From Candidatus Oxydemutatoraceae bacterium (GTDB taxonomy: Bacteria > Pseudomonadota > Gammaproteobacteria > Poriferisulfidales > Oxydemutatoraceae), in contig OZ244717.1 in NCBI GenBank assembly GCA_965218975.1, forward strand, positions 1,824,001 through 1,888,000: a DNA stretch of 64,000 nucleotides, given 5' to 3'. The notes beneath the pieces are model-generated. The model searched no databases. It was not told where the DNA came from and was given only the letters and a program-made list of their open reading frames with translations. The position numbers and the translations under genes were made by a program. Below are positions 1-15,000 of this stretch, one piece after another (position 1 is the first letter of the stretch; the number at the start of each line of letters is the position of its first letter).

Positions 1-3000
1 TCTTCAATACAACGGAGAAAGATTGATTCCTTTCATAGACTGCGTCGTCAAGCAGCGGAATCGTAATGGTTTGCTCGGTCTCGCCTGCAGCGAACGTCAG
101 CGCTCCGCTCATGGCAACATAGTCCGACCCCGCAAGCGCGCTGCCGTCTTGAGTCCGGTAGTTCATTGTCCAAGAAAATGGTAATTCTATGCTCAGAGTT
201 AGCGTAAGTTCGGCGGCTGAGGCGCCCTCATCCACAGTCGTCTCGCCGGCGACAAAGCGCACTTCCGCTGCATCCCGATCAATGATGCGTACGATGTGCG
301 AGGCGGAATCAATCGTCGCGTTGTTCGCATTGCTCAGACGAACGGTGAACGTTTCCAAAGACTCAAGGAACGGATCGGCTATCAGCGGAATCACAATTGT
401 TTTCTCTGTCTCGCCCGGCGCGAATATCAGCGTTCCGCTCGCAGCCTCATAGTCCACCCCCGCAAGCGCCGTACCGTCCGCAGTCACATAATCCACTGTG
501 ATTGTCTCCTCGCTCACGATCGTCTTTCCACCTGCTTGATCCTTCAACATCAGTTCAACTTCCACCCTACCTCTTTCTTCGACTATGAAAGTAGTCTCTT
601 CGGCAAAACTGATAACCGGCAGATCGTCGTCGGCGACCTCGACCGAGGCGAACACCGGATCAATCAGCAGATAGCCGTTCCCTGCTTCTATTTGCGCGGT
701 GACGGTGCCGGTCGATTCAAACGTTTCATCTGCAGCCGTCTCGACCATCAGTATCGCCTCGGCCTCGTTCGCGGCGAATATGACACTCGTCGGAGGCCTA
801 TACGAATCCTCGCTCCGGATCACTTCACCTTCTTGGCTCACATTGACATTGACGGTCAACGGCACATGCATCAGCGCTATCCGACTTAATCTGAACATCG
901 CAGGCATGCCTTCCGCCACTTGCGCTTTAACCGCCGTCATCTCGATGAGCGGCAGGCTCTCATCCAAATCCGTTACGACAAAGGTAAGCTCCCGCACCGC
1001 CGTCACCGCCCGATCTGCAGCGGTGTGTCCGATCGCCGTTACCGTGACGACATACTCGTTGTTCATCGCGGCATTGATCGGATCCGTGCCGGCGACGTCC
1101 GTCGGATTCTCAAAATCCGGCGCCGTGAAACTCAACTCACCTGTCGCCGGATCAATTTCAAACAACGCTTGATCCGCACCGCCGGTGATTGCATAGCGCA
1201 GGTCTTCCGAGCCCTCTGTAACGAGGCTCACCGTCGTCGTCTGCCTTTCGCCGATAGTGAATCTCTCAAGGGTATCGTTGTCGGCGAGCGTGATTGTTTG
1301 GATCGTATTGTTGCCTAACAGGACGTTCGGGTCGGTCGTGCTCAAATGTATCTCAATCGTCTCGTCTCCCTCCACCGCCGCATCGTCCGTTATTATCAGG
1401 CGGGCTTCAAGTATTCTTTCTTCAAAGCGATGCGGCGCATTGAATGTAAGCGGCAACGCCAACGGATTGCCCGCTATATCCGTGATGACGTAGTCGGCGC
1501 CGAATGTCGCCGTTCCTCCCAACTCAAGCGTCAGCGGATGCCCGCGGTCAATATGACCTATCGTGCGCTGCATCACAATCGACACGGTACTCGCGCTTTC
1601 ACCGACAGAACTCGGCAATCTTCCCAATCTCCAAACCGGCATCCGGCCACCATCAACGATGGTAACCGTCGCTTCGCCTCGATCAATCACGACCGTATCG
1701 GCAGAATCTGCCGCCGTTACAGCGTCAATAACTACCGAAAAGATCTCATCGTCGGGTTCAAAAATGATGTCAGTGGTAATCTGAACCGTCACCGTTTGCG
1801 ACGATTCGGTCACGCCTGCTTCGGGTGAAAAGACAACTCCTGCCATATTGCCAATGCTAAGGCGGGTGTAATCCGAAAGAGTCGCGCTGCCGTCTCGTGT
1901 CAAGACAGTCACAGTCACATCGTCCTGCAGCAGCACACGCCCGGCGCTGATCAGTTTAAGCGTTAGGGTGACTTGCCTGTCTCTTTCAGTGATCGTATAT
2001 TCGCTCGGGTCAAACGTCAGGATGAATACCGCTTCCGCATCGGCATTCGGCGCCGCTGTGACTTCTGCGGTTGTGCCGTTGCCCACCGCGCTGACTGCGC
2101 GCACTTGGAATATGTATGTCATATCATTGGTTAAATCGGATACGATTTGAGCCCTGACCTGACCCGTCGCATCGCCGGCGATGCTCCATTTCTGATCCTC
2201 AATCGTTGCGGTGTCGGTGCTTGCGCGATATTCGTAACGTTCGATCGGTGAAGTGCCGGGGTCGGCAGGCGTATCCCAACTTAGGACCGCGTACGTATCG
2301 CCTGCCTCGGCGGCTAAGTTCGCCGGCGCACCGGCGACGCTGTCGTTGTCGATAATGATGACTGTTAACGTGTCGTTTTCGATACGTGTGGGTCCACCAA
2401 CTCTCTCGTTATCTATGAGGATGAGTTTTAAGCTGAAATCCTCGTTGTCTTCCACTAATAAATCGTCTTTCGTTGAGAACAGCCCTTCTCCGAGATTATC
2501 TCCCTCAATAAAGGAGAGATGAGTAGAACCAGTAGAAAAAAGCGACTCCCCAGTATTCTCCGATATGGATACAATCATGTTTCCCGTATTCTTGAACGTG
2601 AATCGACCTGCGTATCTATATCTGTTCTCATCAAGAAATCTGAAAAGCCCCCTATTTAAGGCACTCAAATCGAACAGATTAAAGGGGGTGTGCCCGGAAT
2701 TATAATCGTAGTCTGCCGGGTCCCGCGCGGTACCGGCGATTATTTCGATTATTACGCCAAATACACCGCCAATGGGTGGCCGTTCGTCACGGTCGGTCGT
2801 GCAGGAAATAATAGGCATGTAATTCTCGCCCTCGATGACTTCGATACGCGTCGTCACAAAGCCACAAACCGCCTCGGGAAAGTCAACATTCAACACGGTA
2901 GTTTCCGCTCTTGCCGCTGTCGGTGCAATCATATAATCCGCGCTAGGCAACAGCGTCGCAGTCAGCGTCGTATCCGGATTCCATCCGATGATCGGCTCAT

Positions 3001-6000
3001 ACTCTACAAAAACGTCCTTCTCCGACTCGCCGTCGGCAAAAATCACGGTCCGAGGCGTGGAGCCTACCAGCTGCCTGCCGGCCAACTCCACTTTGACTTC
3101 CAATCGTCCGGCGCTGTTTGTGCGGTGTACTCTGAAACTCTCGTGGCTTCCAAGATCCCCACTTGGTTCTTTAATGGATTTCATTCGTGTGAAAATCCCC
3201 ACCGTCGGCACGATGTCAATCGGCAACTCCAACTCAACCACCGCGTTCGGCGTGTCTATGACCGTCGCGGTCAAGGTGCCGGTGGTCGCGTCAATCGCCG
3301 CTTCCACAAAAATCAGCTCTAATGAGTCACCTTGAGTGAACGTCGTCGTTGACGGTTTGATCGTTACGCCCTCGCCCGTATAGGAGAACGCCACCGTCAA
3401 AACCTCGTCTTCGCCCAGCGTCGGAATACCCAACGGCGTCTCGATTGGGCTCAGAGACAAATCGAACGACTCCGAAACGCCGCCGGCGATCAGCGACAAG
3501 CGCTCTTCCGCGGATTCCAGCGCAAATTCGCGCGCAACCGCTTCCACCGGTAAAAACGCATGGCTTGACGTATAGACTTCGCCGTTGTTTTCATTCCCGT
3601 CGCGAAACTCGGGAGCGACCGGTGCGACCAAATAAACAGCGCGCGTCAAAACGCCGTCGCTAAGCAAATCTGCATCCACAAAGGAAACAGCCGCCGGAGC
3701 AACGGCATAAGGCGCACCGATTTCAAGCGTTGCGCTTGGCGTCGCGCCTAACACCGCCGGCGCGAACGTAACTTCTTCTGTGACCGGCACGGGTGACTCA
3801 GACGACGGAACAAGAAAGCGTGCGACTATCAACTCGCCTGCGCGCAGACGCGCCGGGTCTTTCAACATCACCGTCAATTCGGTCGTCGCAGCGCTGGCTA
3901 GCACTTGCGCGCGCTCAAGTATCTCACCGCGCGAATTCGCGAATACCACACCGTAGTCGTCGTCAATGATCACAACCTCCAAATGACCCGGACTCCCGAT
4001 AGCCACGCCGGCGGGTGTATCACGGGGTTGAACCAGATTCAAAAAGAACGTCTCGTCGCCTTCCGCCAAGAAATCATCTAAAATACGGAAATCTCCGCCT
4101 GCTGCGCTTAAATCAATTAAACTGCGGTATCGCTCCTCTCCTGCGGTATCAACCACGCGGAAACTTGCCGGCGCAACCGTGAACGTCAAATCAATATCAA
4201 CCAGGTCAATGCCGACCACCGTTCTTTCTTCACCCGTCGTCACAAGCAACATTCCGAAACTCCCATTCGGCCGTTCATTGCGCGCCGTCTCGGAAAGAAC
4301 TTTGCCGGTAACGTAAGAATCGCCTTCAACGACCCGGATCAGGACACCTTCGTCCGGCGAAAGATTCTCAGGCGGAATCAAGCTGCCGGTTTGCGATGCA
4401 AACCTGACCGTCAAATCGGGAACGTCATTGTCCGTCACGAGCGCCGTCGCTGTCAACGCCGTCGGCACAAGGGTAATGAAACCCACGACGGCCTCCGGCA
4501 TCGCAGCAGTAATGATCGTATCCGCTTCCCAGGCCTCATCGTCCGCCGTGGGAACACGAAACTCGGTCATCATCTCGCCGTCCGCTAAAATTACGCTGAA
4601 TGATAATTCGGCGTTCGGATTAAATACGGAGTTGCTATCCGCCGGCTCCGATACCTCTACAAACAGAATTAAACTTCCGCCGCGGTCCGCGCGCTGCAGC
4701 GTAAAGACGACGTCGTCTCCCTCTTGCACTTCAGGCGTTGCCGTAGAAATCCATAGATAGGATGAGATCCTAACATCCAAACGCGGCTCGATTGTCTCGA
4801 TTGTTATGTTGGACGCAGTGCCGACCAATGTCACCGTAATCTCCCCGGACCTCGCCGCCGTCGTCGCGCTCAAGCGCGACTCGTCGGTCATACGACTCGC
4901 GTCAAACGTTACCGGCGACACCGTAACCCCATCCTCCGTATAGCCCAGATCAACCGCCAAACGCTCGGCCGCATCCAGTATCGGAACGCCCAACGGCGTT
5001 TCCTTCGGCGTCAAAGACAAACCGAACCGTTGCGAGCCGCCCGCAGGCACGATCAAACGCGGCGCGTCACTGAATATTTCTATCCCCGCCGAGCCCTCGG
5101 CAAACGTCAGCGTAAACTCGCGCGCCACGACTTCCACCGCCAACGAGGAGGAAGTAAACGTGATGTCTTCGCGCGTGCCGTCCACTTTCACCAATTCGGC
5201 ATTCAGCGCGACTTCGCCGGACGCAGGTGCATCGTACGGCGCACTAATCGTTAACATCGCGCTCGGCTCCGACTGCGTTAACACAAACTCGCTTTGCAAC
5301 AGCGCAACTTCGGTCGCGGTCAATCCGACCTCGACGCGATCATCGGCCTCGAGTAAATGCGGATTCCACAACCTCACTTGCACATCGGTTGCGCCGTTGG
5401 CAAGCACTTGTGCCGTACGCGGCTGCGCCGTGTCGAGCGGGTTGCTCGACGGCGTGACAAACGTGACTCCGACTTCCAGCGATTCATCGTCGCGCACGGT
5501 AATCGGCAGACTCAGCGGCGGATCAAACCGTACCTGTTCGGTCGCCTCAAAAATGGCGTTTACGGTAACGCTGCGGTCGCCGCTGATGATCGTGTCGTCG
5601 TGAGTCGGCAGATCAATCGAAAACGATCTATCGCAGGGGGCAAGCCGCGCTTCGGCCGGGGGATTACCGGTCAGCACACCGCCTGAATCATCATATTCGA
5701 ACGCAACGATAACCAAGTACGGAATCGTGCAATTCCCGATCGGCAGAACGTTCACGCGAAACATAGCCGTGTCTCCCTCCGTCACATCAATCGAGGTCCT
5801 ATCGAATACCAACATCGCCATGTCGTCGTTTTCTATATCCAAGCTGCCGCGCGCGACTTCCGCACCGTTCAGCAGCGCTTTGATCTCAATGCGCTCGGTG
5901 CCCTCGATCTGAGTGTCGTTGATAACCGTAATCGTGATGTAATCTACCGATTCGCGCTCGCCGCCACGCAACGTCAGAGTATCTTTATTCACACGGAAGT

Positions 6001-9000
6001 CGTCCCGGCGGACGGCGCTACCGCCGCGGAAATCAAACATAATCGTTTGATCCGCGGCAAAAGTTACATTATTGTCGATTCCGACCCTTAAAGTTACAAC
6101 TCTCCCGTCCCCTTCCACGACAGAGTTCGGTTCGATCAGCAACGATAGTTCGGCTTCATTTGTCTCCGAAACGGTAACTTCAGTCGCGCCGCGCGTCGAG
6201 GAGACAGCATAGGAGACGCCCCCAGGCAACAACGCCGCGCGAACGAGACTGTCAAAGTCAATCGTCAGGTCGCTCAGCGTTGCCACTGCCACCATTCGTT
6301 CCTTTTCATCTGCTGCAAAAGGGATTGTTCGCCGCCTTTTGTCAACTGCGGCAATGCGATCGCCGCCTGTTTCGGTAATCTCCATATCCACCGTCAATTC
6401 CGCATCGGGCAAAACGGTACGCGTCAGCATCAACACAATCTCTTCGCCTTCGTTGACTACGGCGGATGCGGCGGAAATCGATATCAGCGGAAGCGTCACA
6501 ATATCAACGGGGACGCGCGTTGACGTTACCGTCGCGTTCGTCGCCTCGGCTGCTGCGGCAATCAACGTGCCGTCGGTCGCGTCAAGCGCTGCGTTCAAGT
6601 GTGCTTCAACCGACATGCTCGCAGCAGTGAATACGACCGGCTCTGCCGCAACGCCCCGCCCCGTATAGAAAAACTCAACCGTCAGCTGCTCGCCCTCGCC
6701 CAGCATCGAATCGCCGAACATTGTCGGCTCGCCGAACAAAATCAACGACACCGGCGTCGAACCGCCGGCGGCGACCGCCTGTTCGAGCATGGCAAATCTC
6801 AGCGTGAATTCACGCTCGATCACTTCCACCGGCAACGGAGTGAGAAATATCACTGCTTCTTCGCCGGACAACTCCGCCGTCGCCGTAATCTCGCCGGTTG
6901 CGGCGGCGTAAGGCACATGAATGGTAAATACCGCGCTCGGCTGCGCCGCTGTCAATACAAGCTCCGTCTTGTCAAGTCCGAACTCTGCCGAATCCAGTGT
7001 GACCAACACTTCTTGTTGCGCCGCAATGCTCTTCGGATCGCGCAACATCACATACACTTGCGTTGAAGCGACAGCAAGCGCTCGTGCCGCATCGCCTGTA
7101 GCGATCGGTTGATCCTGCGATAAGCCGAATACGACTTGATCGTTGTCGATAATCGTGATCGTTACAACGCTGTCTGCCGCCGTCAGCTTGAGCCGCGCAT
7201 CCGCAGGCGAGAGACGGATATCAACTGTAAAAGACTCGCGCGCTTCAATCAGAAAATCATCGATAATTTCAACGCTCGCCGCGACAATCGCTTCATACCT
7301 GCCGTCGGCACTCAGCGTGTAATCTGCCGGCCATACGACAATTTCCTCAATAAAGCCGGAAAAATCCGCTCCGAGAGTCGCTTCCCCGCTTGCCGGCTCG
7401 ACCGATAGTGTCAATGCTCGATGATTGACTTCGCCGGGATTATCCATCGCAATGATGATCGGAATCGCCACGGTGCCGTCAATCTCGCGCGCCGCCTGAG
7501 CGTCATGCTGCGGGCGAACGGTTGTTGCCGCAAAGTCGTTGTCCGATACTTCCACTGTCGTTGAAGACGCCGCCGGCGCAATCAAGTAGTCGCTCTCCAG
7601 CAACAACGTCGCAGTGACCGGCGCGTGCGCTTCCCATACCTCATCGTCTACCGTGGCAATGCGCAACTGCGCCGTCATCGCGCCTTGAGCAAAGCTCACC
7701 GTATGTGCACTCTCACCCGTCGGCGAGTCCGTCGGATCGGACACCAACACACGATTGTCGTCCGCCGGCTCGGTCACTCGCACCATCACTGCCAATTCAT
7801 CGCCGCTATCCGTGCGCTGCAAATCAAACACCAAGTCGTCGCCTTCGTCAATGCGCGGACGCGCGGCAAAAATTCCCACCGCCGGATTGATCGCAACTTC
7901 CAGTTTGCCGCTGCCGGGCGTTGCCGTGATACTACTCGCATCGGCGAACGCTGCCGTTATCACACCGCCCGTTGCGGTCAGTGCTGCGTTCAAGCGCACC
8001 TCTACTGTTGTGCGCTCGGCCGTAAACGTTACCGGCTGCGCCGCAACACCTTCGCCCGTATAGAAAAATTCAGCCGTCAGACGCTCGTCTTCACCGAGCA
8101 TTGAAGTACCCAACGATGTCTCGTTGCCGCTTAAAGACAGCGACACCGTCGCCGCACCGCCTGCGTCCACCGCTTGAAGCTCCGGCTCGAACGTCAATAT
8201 AAATTCGCGATCAAATATCACATCCAATATCAAAAACGCCGGAGTCGAAGCGCGCACTTCGCCGTTTGCGCTATTATTGTCCCTAAACTCAGGTGCGACC
8301 GGCGCGACCAAAGCGACATTATCCGTAAAGTCGCCGTCGGTAAACAAGCGTGCATCCGAAAAGGACACTTTCAGGGTCGACGGAGCGTTGTAAGGCGCAC
8401 CGACTTCAAGCATCGCGCTCGGTGCCTCCTGCGTGAACGTGACTTCTTGCACAACCGGCGCGGACGACTCAGGCGACGGTACCAGAAAACGCGCTACAAT
8501 CGACTCGCCTGAACGTAATTCATTCGGTCCTACCAACATCACACCCAATTCCCTCGTGGCACCGGCGAGCACCTCTCCATGCTCAAACCTTTCGCCCGAA
8601 GGCGACCTGAATATCGCATCCGGCGGCACGGCAAATACCTCTCGCGTGCGCGGGTCCGTAAACACCGCCGCGTAATCGTTGTCGATAATCGTTACCCTGA
8701 CCTTATCCCGCCCAAACATCACGTTTCCACCCTGCCCCGGGGAAAGCTCCAAGATAAATTCGTAGTCCTCGTCGCCCTCCGCCAAGCCGTCGCGTTTGGT
8801 TACGTGGGGCTTTCGGTCGGGAGCAATCGCATTGACCCTACTGCGATACTTTTGTCCGGCGCCGTCGTCAAACGGCATGTAACTTTCGATCGGAAAGGGA
8901 ACAAGATCAGAGAAAATCCCATAGTCCGAAGGAGAACCGGCGCTGCCGGGGAACGCCGAAACCGCCAGAAAAGTCAAGGAATTCGGTTGTTGCCCGGCGT

Positions 9001-12000
9001 TTAACGTTTCTATCAGCACATAGACCGCCGGGGCACTGCCCTCGCGGACGACAATCGCGTCTTCTTCGAGGGCAACTATCGATGCGATATCATCTATATT
9101 CCTTACCAAAGTGCGCGCACTCGCCCGTGTCGGCGAAACGTCATAGTCCGCGCCGGGCAATAGCTCTGCGATGATCGGCGTATGCGGATTCCACTGACCC
9201 TGCATCCGGCCGGTAGTGACGACACGCAGCTCTGTCGTCGCCGCATCGCCGACAAATCGCAGCGTGTACGTGACGAATCCGTCCGCGTCGCCATCCGCCA
9301 GCACGCGATGCTCATCCGCCGGTTCCGACACCCGTACTGTTACGCCGCGCAGATCCGTCGCCGTATCCGCACTGCTGCGGCGCAACGTGAAAACAATAGG
9401 GCGGAGACCGGTGTCTAATTCATTTATCTCAGATCTGGCCGCGGAAATCGATACGACCGGAAAGGCCTCGATCGGCAAGCGCGCCAACGCGGGAGCGTTC
9501 GGCGCAACTAGATTGACTGCGCGCGGCGCGGCGCGGGGGGCAAACAACTGCGCATCGATAAAAGTGATTTCGCCGCTGAATACGTCCGCGGCAAGACCGA
9601 CGGTCAAAGTTCCGCTCGTCGTTGCCGTTAGTGTGACGGTCTGCGTCGTCGGGCGCTGTGATTCCGTCGACGGCATCAGAAAACGCGCTTCAATCGACTC
9701 GCCTTCCTGCAATCGGTTCTCTCCTGCCGGTGCTACCGTGACCTCGGTCGAAGCGCTGCTATGCAACAACACGCGCTCCGGCGTCTCGCCGTTCGGGAGT
9801 TTGAACACCACGCCGAAGTCGTTGTCGATAATGATGACCGTTATCGTTCCGTTCTCGACGCGTACTATGTCATCATGCCGGGCGACATAACTTAGGATGA
9901 AATCTTCGGGCCCCTCTGCTAATAAATCATCTTCCGTTGAAAGAAACCCTTTTTTATTAGGGTTGCCTTCGAAGTCAAGAAAAGAGACTATAGCATTATT
10001 CCGCCTAACCACACTGGGATCTTCCACCGATCTGACCACAACATCGTCCCCTGTGTTCTCAACCGTGAATTCATCTCGATAGCGGAATCCGTCTTCGGTG
10101 TTACCCCGACGACGGGTACCCCGAGTGGGTATGTCTATTGGGGTACCGCCAAAAGAAATTGCCGCGCCGTAATCATAATCGCTCGGTGCCATTGCGCTAC
10201 CGTCGTCGAAATTAATATCTCCAAATATAGCGGTTAACGGTCGTTGATCAAGATCGGTCTCGAGAAAGCCTCGGAGCATATAATTCTCGCCTTCAATGAC
10301 TTCGATGCGCGTCGTCGTAAAACGAATCACCATCGCGGGGGGGTCATCGGAACTATTGAGCACGTGAAACTGCACGCTTGCCGCGGTCGGCGCAATCGTA
10401 TAATCCTCGCTAGGCAACAGCGTCGCAGTCAGCGTCGTGCCAAGATTCCATCCGGAAATTGGCTCAACATCAATACGAATTGCTGTCTCCTGCGTAACAC
10501 CGTCGTCGAAGACTACGGTGCGCGACGTAGCGCCCGTCAGCTGCTCGCCGGCCAATTCCACTATGACTTCCAATTGCCCGGCACTGTCCGTGCGCCGCAG
10601 ATCGAAAAAGGAATCAAGGTCCTCTACACGAAAAAGACCTTCGCCAAAGGGAAAAATCCCGACTGTCGGCACGATGTCAATCGGCAGCGCAAGCGTGACT
10701 GTCGTCTCCGACGAATCAATGGCCCTCGCAGTCAAGGTGCCGGTGTTCGCGTTAATTGCCACGGTCAAAGTCAGCTGCGCCGATCGCTGATCGCGAGTGA
10801 ACGTCGCTGTCGGCGGTTCAATCGTCACGCCCCTGCCGGTGTAGGAAAATTCCACCGTCAGACGCTCGTCTTCGCTCAGCATCGGCATACCCAACGGTGT
10901 CTTGATACCGACCAAAGATACATCAATCGTCGCCGAATCGCCGCTTGCGATCAGCGACAAGCGGTCGAACGTGGATTCCAGCGCAAACTCGCGACCGACA
11001 ATTTCCACCGGCAATGCCGCCGACTCGACTGTTGCGATCGTCTCATCCGGCGGCGCACCTCTAAGCGCCGCAGTCAGCGTGCCGGTGGTGCCGCCGACAT
11101 CAAACGCTGCATCCAAACGCAGCTGCGCCGTCGGTGCGCCGGCGGTAAACGTTAGCTCAGACGGCGTAATCGTGACGCCCTCGCCCGTGTAAGAAAACGC
11201 TACCGTCAAACGCTCGTCTGCGCCTAGCGTCGGCGTGCTCGACGGCGCGACTGCGATCCCGGTCAAAGACACATCAATCGTCGTCGTGCCGCCCGCCATC
11301 ACCGTTTGATCCTCGCCGTCAAAGCTCAAACGGAAGCGGCGCGCGACGGTCTCCACCATCAGCGGAGCTGTGGATCGGGATACGGTGAATCCGTCCGGCG
11401 ACATTACCTCGGCGATCTTGACCTCGCCGGTGCGCAAACCGATATCATGCGGCGCACTGATTGTAAACGTTGCGCGCGGCATCGTGCGGCTGAGCGTCAA
11501 CTCGGACGGGTCCAATTCAAACTCCGACGATTCCAATTGCACCGTAACGACGCCGGCTGTCGTCGGTAACGAAGCCTCGTTTTGCAATATCAGCCGCGCC
11601 TCCACCGAGGCGCCGACGGTGACTTCAGCGGTCGATGCCGCAAATGCGACGCCGATATCGTTATCAATTATAGAACTACTGTCCCCAAACGACTCAAGAA
11701 TCGTGAAATCCGGGCCCGACTTGGTCGTCGGTTTATACGTAAGTATTTCTCCCACTTCGACGATGTCATCATCTATAAACGTTATACGAATCGGCTCGGC
11801 AAATCTTTCGCCGGCCGGTAAACGGAGTACCGGCGGCGGCGTCAAGAGGGCGTCCGTCGTCGCATCTGTCAGTATGTAATCTTCGCCGAACGTCGCCGTC
11901 CCGGATAACTCCAACGTAACCTCTATATCCCGCGGAAGCAAATCGCCTTCTAACTGTATGGCAAACATCCCCGCAACCCCTTCTCTGAAGCTGTTGTCAC

Positions 12001-15000
12001 CGCTAGGGAAAGAGGGGGTAACAAGCACAGAAGGCTTCTCCTCGTCATCAATGATCGTCACTGTCGCTTCGAGGTTAGGGCTAAAGCTAAAAACCATATT
12101 ATCGACTATAACCTCATCATTGGAATGCGGCGCCGATACGTCGGAAATAAACAGCGAAAAACTCTCGTCCCTTTCAAAGAACGCATCTTCGACGGCGGTC
12201 AGCGAGATCAGCATGAAATCATTAACCTCGCTTCCCGCAGGAAAAGTTACCGTTTGCTCGAAAGTATAATCTTCGGCAGTTGCGCTGCCGGCGCGCGCCG
12301 ATACCGCCACGATGATTTCGCCGTTGGTAACAGCAGGACTCTCAGAGTTCAGAATAATCCGAACCTCCGTGTCTTCACCTTCATTCACCGTATAAGCGGG
12401 CGCATCAAACGCCATACGGTAGAGCATCCGGGAGCTGCGCTGTGTCACCGTCGTTCGCGCTGCTGCGCCGGCGCCCGCCGCGCTGACCGCACGCACTTCT
12501 ATGAGGATCTCCTGATCGAAGATGGGAAAATTTAGGCGCCCAAAAAAGCCGGGCACCGTAAACCCAGACCAGCTTAAAAAAGTAATTCCGTCGTCGTCGC
12601 TGATGCGAAATTCGTAATGATCAATCGGCGCAGTGCCCGGATCAGTGGCCGCGTCCCACTCCAGAAATACTCCGGCCGAGTGCCCTACCGCCGTCAGGTT
12701 CTCGGGCGCGCCCGGCACTATGTCGTTGTCCACCACTGTCGACGTCGCTTCGCCGAGGACACCGATCTCGGCATGCGATACGGTCAATGTCGTCTGTTTG
12801 CTTTCCTCAAATACCGGATCGTCCGTGAACGTCAGGAAAAACGTTACCGCGCGGTTCAGCATAGTTCGAACCGAATCGCCCGCCGTAGGCATCGTCGTCC
12901 CACTCGCCGGAAGCGTCAGCCAAAACGGCGGTTGCAGAAGATTGCCGCCTTCATCCGCCACTGTATAGTCGCCCGGAAACTCCGCGTCCTGAGCATCAAT
13001 CGTAAGAGTAAATACTTGATCCTCTTTAAAGCCGTTTTCGCTGCGCACCGTGACCGCTATCACTTCCCCTTCGTCAATCTCCTCCTCGCTGAACTCGAGC
13101 GAAAAAGAAGTTGAGGAAACAGCGGCATCCGCTTCAATGGTTATTTCGGCGCGATCATCAGAGTCCCCGTCAAGTACATCCTGCGGGTCCGAAAACACTA
13201 CCTCGCTGACAACCAACGAAAAAGTCTCCGCATCTTCGATAATGAGGTCATCTCTGATGCGAATTTCAAGATTTTGCGCTTGCGGTGTTTTATCCTGATG
13301 GCCTACCGCTTCGGGCAAAAAAACAAGCGGCACGGCATCCAAGGCAATATAGTCCGCCGGTGCAGTCGCGCTGCCGTCATTCGTCGAGAAAAAGAGCGTA
13401 ATAGCACCGCGCGGCGGGGAGACACCAGGGAGAAAACTCCCTTCCGATAAGGAAACACTAAAAGATATCACTTCGGCGCTTTCATCAACGGTGGTGGGAA
13501 CGTCAAGCGCCACGATAAAAGGCCTCACATTCCTCCAAGACTGAGTGAGTCGCGCGACTGCGCCGGCGCCCTCTGCGCTGACCGCGCGCACTTCGAAAGT
13601 GTTCTCACCTTCGCTCAGATTTATTTCCACCGCCAGCGTGGCACCGACGTCGGTCCAATCCGGACCCCAAGTCGTCCCGCCGTCGCGGCTGACGCGATAC
13701 TCGTAACGGTTGATCGGCGCGGTGCCGGCATCGAAAGGCGCGGTCCAAATCAGTTCCGCTATATCAAAAAGGATTCCCCTCAACCGCAAGCCCGTCGGCG
13801 CGGTCGGCACGGTCGGCGTCTCAACAATCCGCGCACTCGCGCCGTTGCCCGCTGCATTGACTGCACGTACCTCAAAGGTGTACCTCGTGCCGATGTCCAG
13901 ACCCGATAAAAGTTGTAGCGGGGCAGGCCCGAAGAGATCCATGTCAAATGGTAGCTCATCGCTAATGTAGTCCCAATCCGGGTCCCAAGTACTTCCGTCG
14001 TCGTTGCTGTAGCGAAACTGATAAGTTTCCAACGGCGTGCTGCCGAAATAAAGAGGCGCGTCCCATGCCAATAGCCACAGATCAACGCCTTCTTGTTGAG
14101 ACACCTGCGGATCAATGCGAGAGAATCTCAAATTCCGCGGCGCGTCGGGAGGGAAGTCGTTGTCGGCAACCTGCACCGTGGCGCTGCCTTGACCCGGATC
14201 AACGATGTATCTATCTCTGGGGGTAAGGGAAATCGTTATCGAGAACGGCTTGGCGTTAGCGATCGAGTCGTCGAGAATGGGAATGCTGAGCATCATGCTT
14301 GCTTCGGAGGCGAGAAAAGTAAACTCCGGCGCTTCCACAATGTTCGGCAAGCTGCCAGCAACTAATAATCTGCTAAAATCATTATCGGGTACGGACAGGC
14401 TGAGCTCTACGGTCAACTCCGCGCTGACATCCCCCATCCTCGTCACCGTGAACACGGCAGATTCGCCCTCGGTTACAAGCGCTCGGGGCGACACGATTGA
14501 CACAAAGGGACCGCCGTCCACAAAGACATCGGGAAAATCCCGCGCCGAATTGGAAAGGTCAATCGGGGTGTCGTCGGCAGAAACAATGGCAACCCCGGCT
14601 CCGCCGCGGTGCCCCATGTCTATATCGCCGTCTTGCGCCAACGTGTTTTGCGTGACACCGATGCCGTCATCGTCAAAGACGTCCGCTTCAACCGTATAGG
14701 CGAATATCAGCGTATCGCTGCCGCTGCCGCGAACGTAACGCGCCGTTCTCGGGCCGCCGATATTCAGCTCGGTCAGCGGCACGCCGGTTACAGTCACTGT
14801 CTCGTCGAACATCAGCGCCACTTCAATCATCTCGTCGAAAAAGTAGGTGTCCCTCGATGCCGGTTGCGATACGATATTGATGTCAATGATTGCAGGCGCA
14901 GTCTGAGCGTGGGCAGGTTCAGCATAGACCGAAGCAATCAATACGGCCAACAGACACAAACCGAAGGAAAAACTTTGCGCGCGCGACAACGCTCGGGAGC

